Virus record (IMG/VR): IMGVR_UViG_3300032245_001127
Strand: one strand, 5' to 3'
From: a virus
DNA length: 64,000 bases
Under the pieces are notes generated by a model. That model was given only the letters and a program-made list of their open reading frames with translations, ran no database searches and was not told the origin of the DNA. Both the position numbers and the translations under genes were made by a program. Shown here piece after piece: positions 48,069-58,380 of this stretch. Position 1 is the first letter of the stretch. Each line of letters starts with the position of its first letter.

Positions 48069-49472
48069 TTACATTTCAACTATGATTTTAATATCTTCGA
48101 TTTGGTCTATCGCACGATTAATCGGTCTTCTATTCTCAACGTAGATAACATCGCCACTGTCAGCTTGAATTTCTGGATTTGTTAATGCTCCAGAAGTAAA
48201 TGTTACAGCGACTGGTGTTACTCCATCAGAAGCATACATCGTAATCGTTTCACTAGATTGAAATGATGCACCAGTTGGATTGTCTGTACGAGTTTGAATA
48301 TAACGAATTAAATTGCTCGCTGTATTGATTGATACGATACGACCTTTTGCGTTTGATGTACCACCTGATATAATTCGATCAACTAATGGTGTTCCAACAA
48401 GAGATGAATATGCAACTTGTTTTGTTGCTGTTCTTGTTGAAAGAGTCGCAACGTTTGTAGTACCAAAGTTATAAGGATCACGAACTAATGTAATACGACG
48501 ATAGTCATTGTCAACTGGGAAGTCGCCAGAACCATCATTGTATTCTAATCTTACGTTCATCATTACATAAAATGCACCTAATTCTTTTACTGAATCAGAA
48601 CCATGTCCACCTTTTGGTGAAATGATTGCAGATGCTGCAGCATTCGCTCCAGAACCACCTGAGAAAGAAACAGTTGCATATGTGTAACCAGAACCACCAG
48701 ATGTAATTGTTACACCAGTGATTGTGTTACTTCCTGGATCTCTTACAGCTGTTGCTGTTGCACCAGTACCATCACCAATAATAGTTACTAATGGTGTTCC
48801 TGAGTATCCTGAACCAGCATTTGTTACTTTTATAAAATCAATTCTTCCGTCGACGGCAGCTTGTTCAACAAGATATTGATTATAGTAAGCATCTGTAGAT
48901 CCTGGATTAGATCCGATCTTTTTAACTGGAATAAAATCTGTAGAAACAAATTTTAAAACGTTTGCTGGAGAAACTGTGAACATATATTTCCACTTATAAC
49001 TGTCCGCAGTTGTAATAATTGATGTGCCTGTTCCTGTTGGTTTTGTAGTTGAAGCAGCACCACTATTATTTGAAATACATTTATAAACATTGTATTCGTC
49101 TGTAATTACATAATAGTTTGCATCAAATAAAGTTGCAGGTGTTGTTGCTCCACCAGAGTCAATGTTTACACCAGCAGTAGTTCCATTGTAATCGTGGCGA
49201 TACATATCATAATATTTTCCTGAAGTCCAATCACGTCTTGGAATAGAAAGGATTACATCAGATGCTTGAACTCGCTTTAAAGCGATCATATCATCCCAGT
49301 AATATAATTCGTCTGATACTGTATCTTTTGGTGTATCTGGTAAATTGTCGTCAGTCCATGATTGTGGTCTTCCGATACCAAGATATATATTTGTTGCTGA
49401 AGATTCGTCAAAACCCTCTAAAAATGATTGCGCATTATGAATGCGAAATTTATTTGAAATAATTGCTGCCAT
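48069..49472 (-). CDS. gp8: baseplate wedge subunit
   Basis: MAAIISNKFR..NA, YNVYKCISN, D.YKWKYMF, GGHG, YVENRRPI.R..DQIEDIKIIVE. Confidence 0.92.
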   Translation of the reverse strand: MAAIISNKFRIHNAQSFLEGFDESSATNIYLGIGRPQSWTDDNLPDTPKDTVSDELYYWDDMIALKRVQASDVILSIPRRDWTSGKYYDMYRHDYNGTTAGVNIDSGGATTPATLFDANYYVITDEYNVYKCISNNSGAASTTKPTGTGTSIITTADSYKWKYMFTVSPANVLKFVSTDFIPVKKIGSNPGSTDAYYNQYLVEQAAVDGRIDFIKVTNAGSGYSGTPLVTIIGDGTGATATAVRDPGSNTITGVTITSGGSGYTYATVSFSGGSGANAAASAIISPKGGHGSDSVKELGAFYVMMNVRLEYNDGSGDFPVDNDYRRITLVRDPYNFGTTNVATLSTRTATKQVAYSSLVGTPLVDRIISGGTSNAKGRIVSINTASNLIRYIQTRTDNPTGASFQSSETITMYASDGVTPVAVTFTSGALTNPEIQADSGDVIYVENRRPINRAIDQIEDIKIIVEM

Positions 49473-49490
49473 GTTTGTTTTCCTGTAATT

Positions 49491-52109
49491 TTAAGTATAT
49501 AAATCAAATTTAAGAGTATCGACATCCCATTTATATTCTGTTGTATCGAACTCAACACTGTCTGCGTCAAACGTATATGTATCATCCCATGTAAAACGAG
49601 CATCGTCTGTGGAGAATCTTAATGCCGATGCAGGTAATCTAATGATACCTATTTCTGACTCAATTGCAAAATTGACTTTTCTATATGGACTATTTAGTAC
49701 ATCTGAAACAGTCAAACTACCAAAATCTTTAATTTGTGTATTTCCAATCCCCCAGTAGTTATAATTAGGATTCGGATACGTATTAATTACTCCATACGTC
49801 GAAGTAGTATAAGCAGGTGTTCCGTCTATATTTGCGTATTTTGTACCAAATACCGATGGTTTATGCGTAAATTTGTATCTTTCAAGATCAACTAGATTGG
49901 CTCCTGCTCTTCTTGCAGAACCATCAAAAGCTGGACTTGATCTTTCAACTAAATTCGTTTGATTCGAACGATATAATACTTGATCAGTAACCTTTGAACG
50001 AGTAATAATCGTTTTTGCCTGCTCGAATCCAATTACTTCAGGTCTTAGATCAAGTAAATGAATTTGATCAATAGGCAAGTTCGGGAAGTTAAGAATTGGT
50101 AAAAATTCACTCGAACTAATACTTATATTTAGGTGACTCACTATGAAATCTGTTAAATAAAGTGTTATTTGTTCTTTATTTGCAGAAGCATAGACTTCAT
50201 AAGCAGTTCTATAATTTCCAACTGCTCGCATTTTAGCATCAATAATTTTTCGAACTGTATAGTTAATTGAGCTTGAATGAATAGATGCTCGAGAAGTTGC
50301 AGTAGATTTAAGTTTTACTTCTCCGAAAAGTGCTAATCCGATTGGATGCAATAGTTTTTTAACTGCATCACGATATTGATTAATACTTTGTCCTACTTTA
50401 ATTACATATGAATAATCTTGATAATATAGTGAATCTTGAATTCTTTTGCTTGATTCTGATATCTTTCCGTCTGTATTACTAAATCCACCAATTTGTTTTC
50501 CGACGGCACCAACACTAGCTCGAATAGATGGATTATTTACAGAAGTAATTACTGCAGTGGTATTCGAAACTGTACCTCGAATATCCATATGTTTTATAAA
50601 ATAGCCCGATTCTTCACGAACAAATATATCTTCATCTTCATCAAGTAAATAGCCTGAACCATCTTCGAGTAAATAACCACCGAATGATGTAGATTCTTTT
50701 AATTTAATTAAATGTAAATCCCCATCAATATTTTCAAGAATACCAGAAGCATTTTGTTGTTTCTCTGAAAGGAATTTTTCTCCACTCTCTAATAATAAAT
50801 TATCATCTAGGCTGGTTTCTAAACCTAACTTTTGTGGAAGCGAAACGATCGATTCACCAACAATAAAATTTCCTGATGGGTTTTTAATTACAGCATAGGT
50901 TGGTATTTGTAAATTTGGAGGATTAATGTAATTAAACCCAGATTCTGGAACTACAATACTTGAAATTGTTCCAATATCATTTGACTCTGCTAATACTTTA
51001 CCACCAGTTCTTCCTGCTCCAGTTGGTAATGAAACTTTAGGAAGTCGATTGTAAAAAAATCCACCATTAATAACAGTTACTTTTTTGATCGGTCCAGAAT
51101 TAGAAGTTTCGATATCTAATTCTCCTAATGACTCACTTAAAATTTTACCTCCACCTTCAAGTAATAAACTATCTCTATCTATTTCTGTTATATTTGCGAC
51201 TGCACTTAAACTTGGAGAATTTTCTGGTCCACCAGTTCCAGTATTATCGAAAAGAATAGGATCGCCAATTAAATATCCAGTTCCTCTATTTGCAATTGTA
51301 ATATTTGTTACAGATCCTGGAAGAATAGTTGCTACTTCAGCACGAGCAAGTGCTCCTGTTGAAGATATAAATCCGATTAAATCACCAACTGTATAATAAG
51401 ATCCTCCACTTGTAATATCAAAATCATTAATGATAGATAAAACGTTACAACTAACAACCGAATTGTCAATATTAGATCTTGATGTAATCGTAAAAGATTC
51501 AGAATCCGTTTGAGAGTAAAAAACTCCAGTAATACTATCTTCTGATAAAGTTAATTCTGAAATAGTTGTTCCTAGATAATCAAATTCTGTAACGTTTTCA
51601 ACTCGAGCTGTTGCAATCTGTACACTACCATCTTGATAGTTTCTTGTTTGAGTGATTGTTTGTCCAACGATATTTCTCGCGTCCCCAATAATTGAAGTTG
51701 CTCTTAAAATGTTTCTTTGACTCCATTTACCATCAGAAACACGAAGCATATCGATTTTAGGATAATATACTTCTGCGTCTTCATTAAAAAGTATTCGGAA
51801 TAAAAACTTATAAGAGTTCTCTGTACCTTTACTTAAATATAAATTCTTAATATTTTTAGCTAAGAATCTTTTATTTGAAATTATATCTTGTGGGATTGGT
51901 GCAAGTATTTCTTTTTTAAAATAGTCTATAAAAAAATCTACTGTATTATCGATATCTTTAATATCTTCAAGATTAGATTGTGGATAAAAGTTTTCAAGCC
52001 ACTCGTAGTATGCTTTAAGAAAATCTACAAATTTAGTATTTTCTTCACGAATAAATTCGGGAACTTGTTTTGATACTACTGTTGATGCTTTCGCTTTTAC
52101 GTATGCCAT
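49491..52109 (-). CDS. gp7: baseplate wedge initiator
   Basis: FLKAYYEWLE, Y.SKGT..SYKFLFRILF, IQDSLYYQDYSY, LLHPIG..LFG. Confidence 0.88.
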   Translation of the reverse strand: MAYVKAKASTVVSKQVPEFIREENTKFVDFLKAYYEWLENFYPQSNLEDIKDIDNTVDFFIDYFKKEILAPIPQDIISNKRFLAKNIKNLYLSKGTENSYKFLFRILFNEDAEVYYPKIDMLRVSDGKWSQRNILRATSIIGDARNIVGQTITQTRNYQDGSVQIATARVENVTEFDYLGTTISELTLSEDSITGVFYSQTDSESFTITSRSNIDNSVVSCNVLSIINDFDITSGGSYYTVGDLIGFISSTGALARAEVATILPGSVTNITIANRGTGYLIGDPILFDNTGTGGPENSPSLSAVANITEIDRDSLLLEGGGKILSESLGELDIETSNSGPIKKVTVINGGFFYNRLPKVSLPTGAGRTGGKVLAESNDIGTISSIVVPESGFNYINPPNLQIPTYAVIKNPSGNFIVGESIVSLPQKLGLETSLDDNLLLESGEKFLSEKQQNASGILENIDGDLHLIKLKESTSFGGYLLEDGSGYLLDEDEDIFVREESGYFIKHMDIRGTVSNTTAVITSVNNPSIRASVGAVGKQIGGFSNTDGKISESSKRIQDSLYYQDYSYVIKVGQSINQYRDAVKKLLHPIGLALFGEVKLKSTATSRASIHSSSINYTVRKIIDAKMRAVGNYRTAYEVYASANKEQITLYLTDFIVSHLNISISSSEFLPILNFPNLPIDQIHLLDLRPEVIGFEQAKTIITRSKVTDQVLYRSNQTNLVERSSPAFDGSARRAGANLVDLERYKFTHKPSVFGTKYANIDGTPAYTTSTYGVINTYPNPNYNYWGIGNTQIKDFGSLTVSDVLNSPYRKVNFAIESEIGIIRLPASALRFSTDDARFTWDDTYTFDADSVEFDTTEYKWDVDTLKFDLYT

Positions 52110-52111
52110 GT

Positions 52112-53959
52112 CTATCTACTAGATGTAAATATAAAGTCTTTACCTGAACTTGATTCGCCTGATGCTATTTTATCTGCAATTACATTTACAATAATATCTT
52201 GTTCACGAATAAAAGACAACTGATTTCTTACTGATATAACATCATATGAATTAGGTTCAGCTGTAAACACAATTTTTCCAAATGAATTTCCACTTGAAAT
52301 ATTGATGCTGTCTAATTGAATTTTTCCTGTAGTATAATCAACTGTTCCAATGTAATTTGGAGTATATACTTTTGCGTTTGAAGCTGTTAAATAATACAAT
52401 CTTAAATTTCCAATAGTATTATCTTCAATAAAGTAAGTATAATTGCTTCCTGCTATATTAAATCCAGAAGATGTAACTGCTGCAAAAGAATTTTGAGCAT
52501 TGGTATTATGATATAATGGATTATTTAATTTGATTGTATATTTTGTTGTATTATTAAAACTTGGTGTAAGTTCGTATTTAAGTTTAATTTTTGTTATATT
52601 CGAAACGATACTATCTTCAGAATTATCAATTAACTTAGATAAAGCTGATTCTCTAAAAATAGAATCAAAACGATTCAAATTAGTTGTATTGTAATTTTCA
52701 ATCACATCAGATACAAGTGTTTTAATAGTATCTGCACCACGTGTAGTTGCTTTTGGATTGTAATATACTGTTGAATCTACATTAATATAAAGTATTTCAG
52801 CATCAACTATTTCTGGTAATATAGAAACTAAATTTTTACTTTTTACAATATTTGTTATAATATCAGTTTTAGTAGATTGAGTAAGTGTAGTTCCTGTTTT
52901 TGGTTTAATACAAATAAATGCTTTTCCATAAATTGGTGGATCGTTTTCTTCGCCACCCCAAACAGAAATAGCATCAACGTTATTATATAATTTTGGTATA
53001 ATTACTTTATAATCATCAGCTGTTACTGCACGATTTTGAGCAGCATAATATCTTGGCGCATTGTATTTAATACTTTCGATAGATTCTGGTTCAGTTCCAC
53101 CAGCAGCTGGAGATGTTGTTGTGATTGTAACGTTTGCTGTATTTGTAAATGCGTTTCCTGTATAAGTGAATACACGTGAGTCGTTTGCTGCATTCTCATT
53201 GCATGAAAAATAATCTAAAGTTACAATCGAACCATTTGTTGGCTTATAACCAATTAAACCATCTCCAAAATAAATTTCGAATAAACCATCATCTCTTTCT
53301 TTTAAAAAATAAACTCTTGAATTTGCACTAACAGAAGTAAACCCATCATTTAAATTATAGATAGTTGTTGCTGCAGAGTTAGGATCTTCTTGAACTAATA
53401 CTTTTAATGTCGTAGTGTCTATTTTTGGATTCGGAAGAACATATGAAACGTTATTTCCAACTGTATATGTTCGAATTAAATTTGTTCCTTCGATTAATGT
53501 TACGTTCGAAAAAAGATATGTATTTAAAACAGATCTAGTTGTAGTAATTGCAGACTCTGTATTAAAATTATAATTAGTGCCATTATAGTTAGTACGGAAT
53601 ATTGTTCCTCTCGGAAGAACTATGGATGTTGGATTTCCTGATACGTTAGAAACTGAAATATTTACTGTTGCTTTTGCAGCAATTGAAGACTTTGGAATAT
53701 ACCCAAGCATTTTTGCTAATGATACTACAGAAGATCTTTTTACTGCTGAATCAAGAAACATCTCATTTACACTTAAATTATAATATAAAGCATTATAATG
53801 TGTATTATAAGCAAGAACATCCAAAAGAACTGACATTCCAGATCCTTCGAAATTATAGTCAGTAAATTCAGGTTGAGTTTTTAAATAGTTTTTTAAATTA
53901 CTTTTAATTTCGTCAAAATCTAATTCTGTTACTTTAATATTTTTATTTTGTGTTGCCAT
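52112..53959 (-). CDS. gp6: baseplate wedge subunit
   Basis: ELDFDEIK.NLK, DYNFEGS, LAYNTHY, FGDG, QNRAVTADDY, WGGEEN.PP.YG. Confidence 0.96.
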   Translation of the reverse strand: MATQNKNIKVTELDFDEIKSNLKNYLKTQPEFTDYNFEGSGMSVLLDVLAYNTHYNALYYNLSVNEMFLDSAVKRSSVVSLAKMLGYIPKSSIAAKATVNISVSNVSGNPTSIVLPRGTIFRTNYNGTNYNFNTESAITTTRSVLNTYLFSNVTLIEGTNLIRTYTVGNNVSYVLPNPKIDTTTLKVLVQEDPNSAATTIYNLNDGFTSVSANSRVYFLKERDDGLFEIYFGDGLIGYKPTNGSIVTLDYFSCNENAANDSRVFTYTGNAFTNTANVTITTTSPAAGGTEPESIESIKYNAPRYYAAQNRAVTADDYKVIIPKLYNNVDAISVWGGEENDPPIYGKAFICIKPKTGTTLTQSTKTDIITNIVKSKNLVSILPEIVDAEILYINVDSTVYYNPKATTRGADTIKTLVSDVIENYNTTNLNRFDSIFRESALSKLIDNSEDSIVSNITKIKLKYELTPSFNNTTKYTIKLNNPLYHNTNAQNSFAAVTSSGFNIAGSNYTYFIEDNTIGNLRLYYLTASNAKVYTPNYIGTVDYTTGKIQLDSINISSGNSFGKIVFTAEPNSYDVISVRNQLSFIREQDIIVNVIADKIASGESSSGKDFIFTSSR

Positions 53960-54351
53960 TATCGTGTTCTTTCTAGAGTTAAATTCAATTCAATTGGTGT
54001 AAAGGTATTAATGATTTTAAAGATTATCTTTACATCAACATAATTTTCATCAGGACGAATATTTACTATTACGTCAATTAGATCTGCTCTTGGTTCAAAA
54101 TTACGAATTACATCAACAATACTTCTTTTTAATAATGCTTTAGTCATTGGAGTTGCAGGTTCGAACAACAATGCGCGAACTTGAGATCCTATTTCACTAT
54201 GAAATGGTCGCTCGTAATTTCTTGTTAATACAAGATTTTTAATACTTTGTTTTACAGCAGTTTCATCGTATTTACGTGATATATCTCCATTTACTGGATG
54301 AGCAGTAAAATTTAAATCTAAATCGATGAATGTTCTTGAGTTATTTGCCAT
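53959..54351 (-). CDS. gp25: baseplate wedge subunit
   Basis: DLDLNF..HP, AVKQSIKNLVLT...ERPF, FEPR. Start moved to MANNSRT at 54351 because a late promoter lies at 54357-54364. Confidence 0.93.
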   Translation of the reverse strand: MANNSRTFIDLDLNFTAHPVNGDISRKYDETAVKQSIKNLVLTRNYERPFHSEIGSQVRALLFEPATPMTKALLKRSIVDVIRNFEPRADLIDVIVNIRPDENYVDVKIIFKIINTFTPIELNLTLERTR

Positions 54352-54356
54352 AGCAT

Positions 54357-54364
54357 TATTTAGG
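54357..54364 (-). promoter_or_regulatory. late promoter
   Basis: CCTAAATA, 5 nt before ATG 54351. Confidence 0.65.
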
Positions 54365-54670
54365 TTATCCACCTATAAAAACTTTGTTACTTCCAGAGCC
54401 TATTTTATCACCACAAGCAATATTATCAAAAGTTCTACTCGCTGGATATCCTTCGATCGTTACTTTCGTTGAACCAGTCGAAACTTTACGTTGAACACCA
54501 GCATGCGTAATTAATAAGCAAGTATGACTAATATAGATTGTTCTATTCGTTTGTACTACTGGTTTTCCCTGAATAGTCGTCTTTAATGAGAACGGACCAC
54601 TCGGAAGTCTTGCTGGCCAACATCCATGACCAGTCGAAAGTGTAGTCGAAATTGCAGCTGGTTTTAACAT
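54365..54670 (-). CDS. PAAR-repeat spike tip protein (gp5.4-like)
   Basis: KPAA, TGHGCWP, I.GKPV, GS.KV.IEGYPASR..D.IACG; directly after gp5. Confidence 0.88.
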   Translation of the reverse strand: MLKPAAISTTLSTGHGCWPARLPSGPFSLKTTIQGKPVVQTNRTIYISHTCLLITHAGVQRKVSTGSTKVTIEGYPASRTFDNIACGDKIGSGSNKVFIGG

Positions 54671-57106
54671 TTAAACCTCTGATATAAGAGTAAAGCCATC
54701 AGCAATCTTTAAATGATCTCGAACTGTAAATGTTTCATATCTATTTCCATCATATTTCCATGATATGTGTAACCAAACTGTTTTTGCGCCAGCATATGAA
54801 AGAACGATTCGATCATATCCATATGGTAAATTTTCAGCTAATGCGATTGCTGCAGCAACATGTTGCGCACGATTCCATCCTGAGAAACGTATATCAACTG
54901 CTTCACCAACATAATGTTGTGAAGATTCTGGTGCTCCTGGAATTTCTTCTTTATTTCTAAACCCATTTAGAATAATTAAATTTGCATATAAATCTTTTGC
55001 TGGTTCAAGAACATATTCGCATAATCCTTTTAAATTACAAACGATTGACGATTTGGTCACACCTAATTGATCGATAATCGGTATTCCACCATTTCGATTA
55101 AGTGCTGCTAATTGTATTCGAGCAGATAATTGAAGACTTGGATCAAAAGTTGTTAAACTATCGATTAATTCGCAATTTCGTGAAGCGATTGATGGAACCA
55201 CACCACCAACTGGAATTGTGTTTGCTCCTAAAGTTCCTAAATCTAAATTTTTACTTAAATATAATCCACGAGTTATTTGTCTTTGTCTGTGTGCGATCGC
55301 ATCTCCTTCGTCTGGAGTTTCATAAAGTAGTTGTTCACGATTACTTCGAGAATTCACAATCAATGGTGAAAACACAGGCATAATTGGAGATTCTACTGCG
55401 TTTTCGTTAATAGCTAATCCAGTTGAAGAATATCCTTCTCCTATTTCTATTTTTGCGCCATCAATTTGAGTTAAATTTTCTCCATTAATTGAGAATGTTC
55501 CTTTAGCTTCCATTAATATATTATTCGCAATTACATTATAATTTCCTGCAACGTTTGCATTTAAATTTCCAGCAATAATTAAATTACAATCATTATTAAT
55601 TTGTATATCTCCTGGACCATCGATTCTTATTTTACCACCATTCTTTACTACGATATCTAATTCGCCATAAACTGTTAAAACCTTTGACCCATTGCTTACT
55701 TCGTAAGTGTTTCGTTCATTTAATACGTATCGATCTCCTGCGACACGATCAGTTAATGTTCCATTTGAATCCCATTCGTGCCAAGATCCTCTACGATGAT
55801 ATAGATTAATACGTTCAGCATTCGGTGTATCGTCCATTTCAAATACATGACCACTTTCTGTTTCAATTACTTTATTAAATGGATATTCAGCATTATAAGG
55901 TACTTCTGGTGCGTCCCATGTACTATAATCAAATCTTTCTAAATTAAATGCACGTGCTGCTTCTTTTTGATACACGGAAGTTTTATCTATATTCTCATGT
56001 CTTGCTAATCTGCTTGTATCTGGTTCGTTAGTATATGTAACATATCCAGATGCAGCACCGAATAATCCAGCATAAACGCCTTTTTTAGTTCCAGCATTAC
56101 CAGAAGAATTGTTTGTGCCTATCGGATCTACATAAGCCGTATTTTCATCAAAAAGTTCTCCACCAAATTTTGGTGTTCCAACTGAAGTGAATTTTTTTGC
56201 TGCAGCAGTTCTTCTTGATTTTTTTGATGAAATTCCACCAAAAGATATTCCTGATAAACTACTTAAAACACTATCAACTCCAATACCACTCGCTAATCCT
56301 GAAATAGCACCAGCAGCACCAGCATAGTCTGCCGAATTAATAAGTGGTAATACTGAAGATGCTTTAAATGCACCAACTCCTAAATCAGAAGCAACATCGA
56401 CTACAGAATCAAACATTTCTTGATTGACTAATCCTCGAACTGAACCTGCAAGATTTGCGGCAACATCATCATTTAAATAATTTTTAAATTCAGAAACAGC
56501 GATTGGTTGATCTACACTTCCAGGATAAGTAGAAGAAACAGGCAATCCTTGCCAAGAAGTTTGACCATAACCAATTGTATATGTGTCGACACCATTTATT
56601 TTAGAAAGAACTGGTGTATCAGAAAAAGGGGTATTCTCTATAATACTATTTACTGTTGCATCTGTAACAGAAAATGTAGAGAAAGGTCTTGCGTCTTGTA
56701 TTTCGAGAGATGCGTTTGAAATTTCACCACTATAAGTTTTCGTTACTCCATCAGAACCAATTCCGATTGAAGATGCAGTATTCACTTTTCGATCAGCAGG
56801 CTTAATAGATAATGTTGTTTCGTTGTTTTGTGGAATCCCTGCAAGTGTTCCGAATATGACTGGAACTTGTTGATCTTTATCTGTAAACCCAATCAATACG
56901 ACACTGCCAAGAGTAATTCCTGTTGGGCTAATTCCTATGCCAGCACTCGCAGCAGAATTAATCGATGAAACAGGCATCGCCCATGGTAAATCTACTGTTG
57001 GAAGTATAGAAACATCTTCGTCATGTACACCAACTACACGTACTTGACATCTTCCTAATTTTAATGGGTCGTTTCTATTTTCAACTCTTCCTATATAAAA
57101 TTGCAT
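54671..57106 (-). CDS. gp5: baseplate central spike: OB fold, degenerate GH24 lysozyme-like domain, beta-helix, C-terminal M15-type peptidase
   Basis: GRVENRNDPLKLGRCQVR, LPWA, YPFNKVIETESGHVFEMDDTP.AERI; TIGYG; SQHYVGEAVD and WLHIS. Confidence 0.92.
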   Translation of the reverse strand: MQFYIGRVENRNDPLKLGRCQVRVVGVHDEDVSILPTVDLPWAMPVSSINSAASAGIGISPTGITLGSVVLIGFTDKDQQVPVIFGTLAGIPQNNETTLSIKPADRKVNTASSIGIGSDGVTKTYSGEISNASLEIQDARPFSTFSVTDATVNSIIENTPFSDTPVLSKINGVDTYTIGYGQTSWQGLPVSSTYPGSVDQPIAVSEFKNYLNDDVAANLAGSVRGLVNQEMFDSVVDVASDLGVGAFKASSVLPLINSADYAGAAGAISGLASGIGVDSVLSSLSGISFGGISSKKSRRTAAAKKFTSVGTPKFGGELFDENTAYVDPIGTNNSSGNAGTKKGVYAGLFGAASGYVTYTNEPDTSRLARHENIDKTSVYQKEAARAFNLERFDYSTWDAPEVPYNAEYPFNKVIETESGHVFEMDDTPNAERINLYHRRGSWHEWDSNGTLTDRVAGDRYVLNERNTYEVSNGSKVLTVYGELDIVVKNGGKIRIDGPGDIQINNDCNLIIAGNLNANVAGNYNVIANNILMEAKGTFSINGENLTQIDGAKIEIGEGYSSTGLAINENAVESPIMPVFSPLIVNSRSNREQLLYETPDEGDAIAHRQRQITRGLYLSKNLDLGTLGANTIPVGGVVPSIASRNCELIDSLTTFDPSLQLSARIQLAALNRNGGIPIIDQLGVTKSSIVCNLKGLCEYVLEPAKDLYANLIILNGFRNKEEIPGAPESSQHYVGEAVDIRFSGWNRAQHVAAAIALAENLPYGYDRIVLSYAGAKTVWLHISWKYDGNRYETFTVRDHLKIADGFTLISEV

Positions 57107-58377
57107 TATGCTAACTCCGTAATTCCACTAATTAAACTGTCTTTAATTAATTCTATTGTACACACATGTTCCTTTGTACTTATATCGTGATTAATTGATG
57201 CAATTAAATAACGACCAGAATACATTGGATCAACTGTATCCATATCAGAAGAAGAAATGGGTGCTGATCTAAACGTTTTCATTGTAACAACTTTCCCAAC
57301 TGTATAATCTGTTCTTCCAGGAACTGTAATTTGTAATCTAAATCCTTGGGCAGTTGCAATCGCTGCGTTTCTTAATAAAAAAGAATCTGTATTGCTTACA
57401 TCTTCAAATCCATTATGCATTGCTGTATGTTTAATTGAGTTATATGAAGATGAATATGGTGCTGAGATTACATTCGCTGACATTAATGGATTGCTATTTA
57501 AATGAGGTAATTTAGAGAAATCTTCAACTGAATCGTAATATTTTCTTTTAAATCTTTTTGTAATTAAATCATAAGTTGTCATTGTTGAGTTAAACATACC
57601 TTTTGTTAAACGATCGATAAAATCAAATCCTTTTGGCATGGTTAATTCTTTTGCTCTCTTATAATCTTCTTCTACATCTCGAATCGACTCTCCTTTAGAA
57701 TTAGGAGTTCGATCGTAATTATCAACTATAAAATTTTGTAATGGTTCTTGTTTATATAAGCTGTTTAATGAAATAAAATTAAATCCGTCTCTATTTTCGA
57801 AAAACAAATAACTAGAGATACCATCTTTATTGATACTTTTTTCAGCAGTATAATTTAATGCTCGAATAGGACTCCAATGATTACATATAAACTTAATTCC
57901 ATTAGAAGAAGTTTCGATATTGTATTGTTTATTTGTAGATAATCCATCATTATCGCCACGAATTAAACGATATGCTATATCTGAACAATAACCTGATTGA
58001 GCATTGGTTAATCTTAGATTCATATCTTTAATCGCTTCAATTGATATAAAATAAAGATTGTAAAGAGATTCTCTATCTTTTAATGAAATTTTATCAGATA
58101 GTTTATATACATAAAAACGACCTTTAAGAATTCGAGAATCTCCTTCGAAAGTTGGAGTAGAAACGTGTATGTCTACAAATTCTTCGCCGATTAATGGAAG
58201 TTGATTAATTAAATCTAAAGATTCTTTGATTGTTATTTTACCTGATATAAATGGAGAGAATAGATCTTCATAAATGGATATAGACGCCATTAATTGACGT
58301 ATATCAACCACACCAGTTTTACCGATTAAACTTAAATCATGTATTTCAACATCACCTGCAAATTTTAATTGTTCCAT
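57106..58377 (-). CDS. baseplate hub protein (gp27-like)
   Basis: ISIYEDLFSPFISG.I, LPLIGEE, YLFFENRDGFNFISL, VPGR....VG, YSGRYLI..I.H; between gp53 and gp5. Confidence 0.8.
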   Translation of the reverse strand: MEQLKFAGDVEIHDLSLIGKTGVVDIRQLMASISIYEDLFSPFISGKITIKESLDLINQLPLIGEEFVDIHVSTPTFEGDSRILKGRFYVYKLSDKISLKDRESLYNLYFISIEAIKDMNLRLTNAQSGYCSDIAYRLIRGDNDGLSTNKQYNIETSSNGIKFICNHWSPIRALNYTAEKSINKDGISSYLFFENRDGFNFISLNSLYKQEPLQNFIVDNYDRTPNSKGESIRDVEEDYKRAKELTMPKGFDFIDRLTKGMFNSTMTTYDLITKRFKRKYYDSVEDFSKLPHLNSNPLMSANVISAPYSSSYNSIKHTAMHNGFEDVSNTDSFLLRNAAIATAQGFRLQITVPGRTDYTVGKVVTMKTFRSAPISSSDMDTVDPMYSGRYLIASINHDISTKEHVCTIELIKDSLISGITELA

Positions 58378-58380
58378 AAA

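Noticed and set aside
54352-54372. ORF-track start for gp25 at 54372
   Set aside because: It overlaps the PAAR stop and lies upstream of a late promoter; ATG 54351 fits better.
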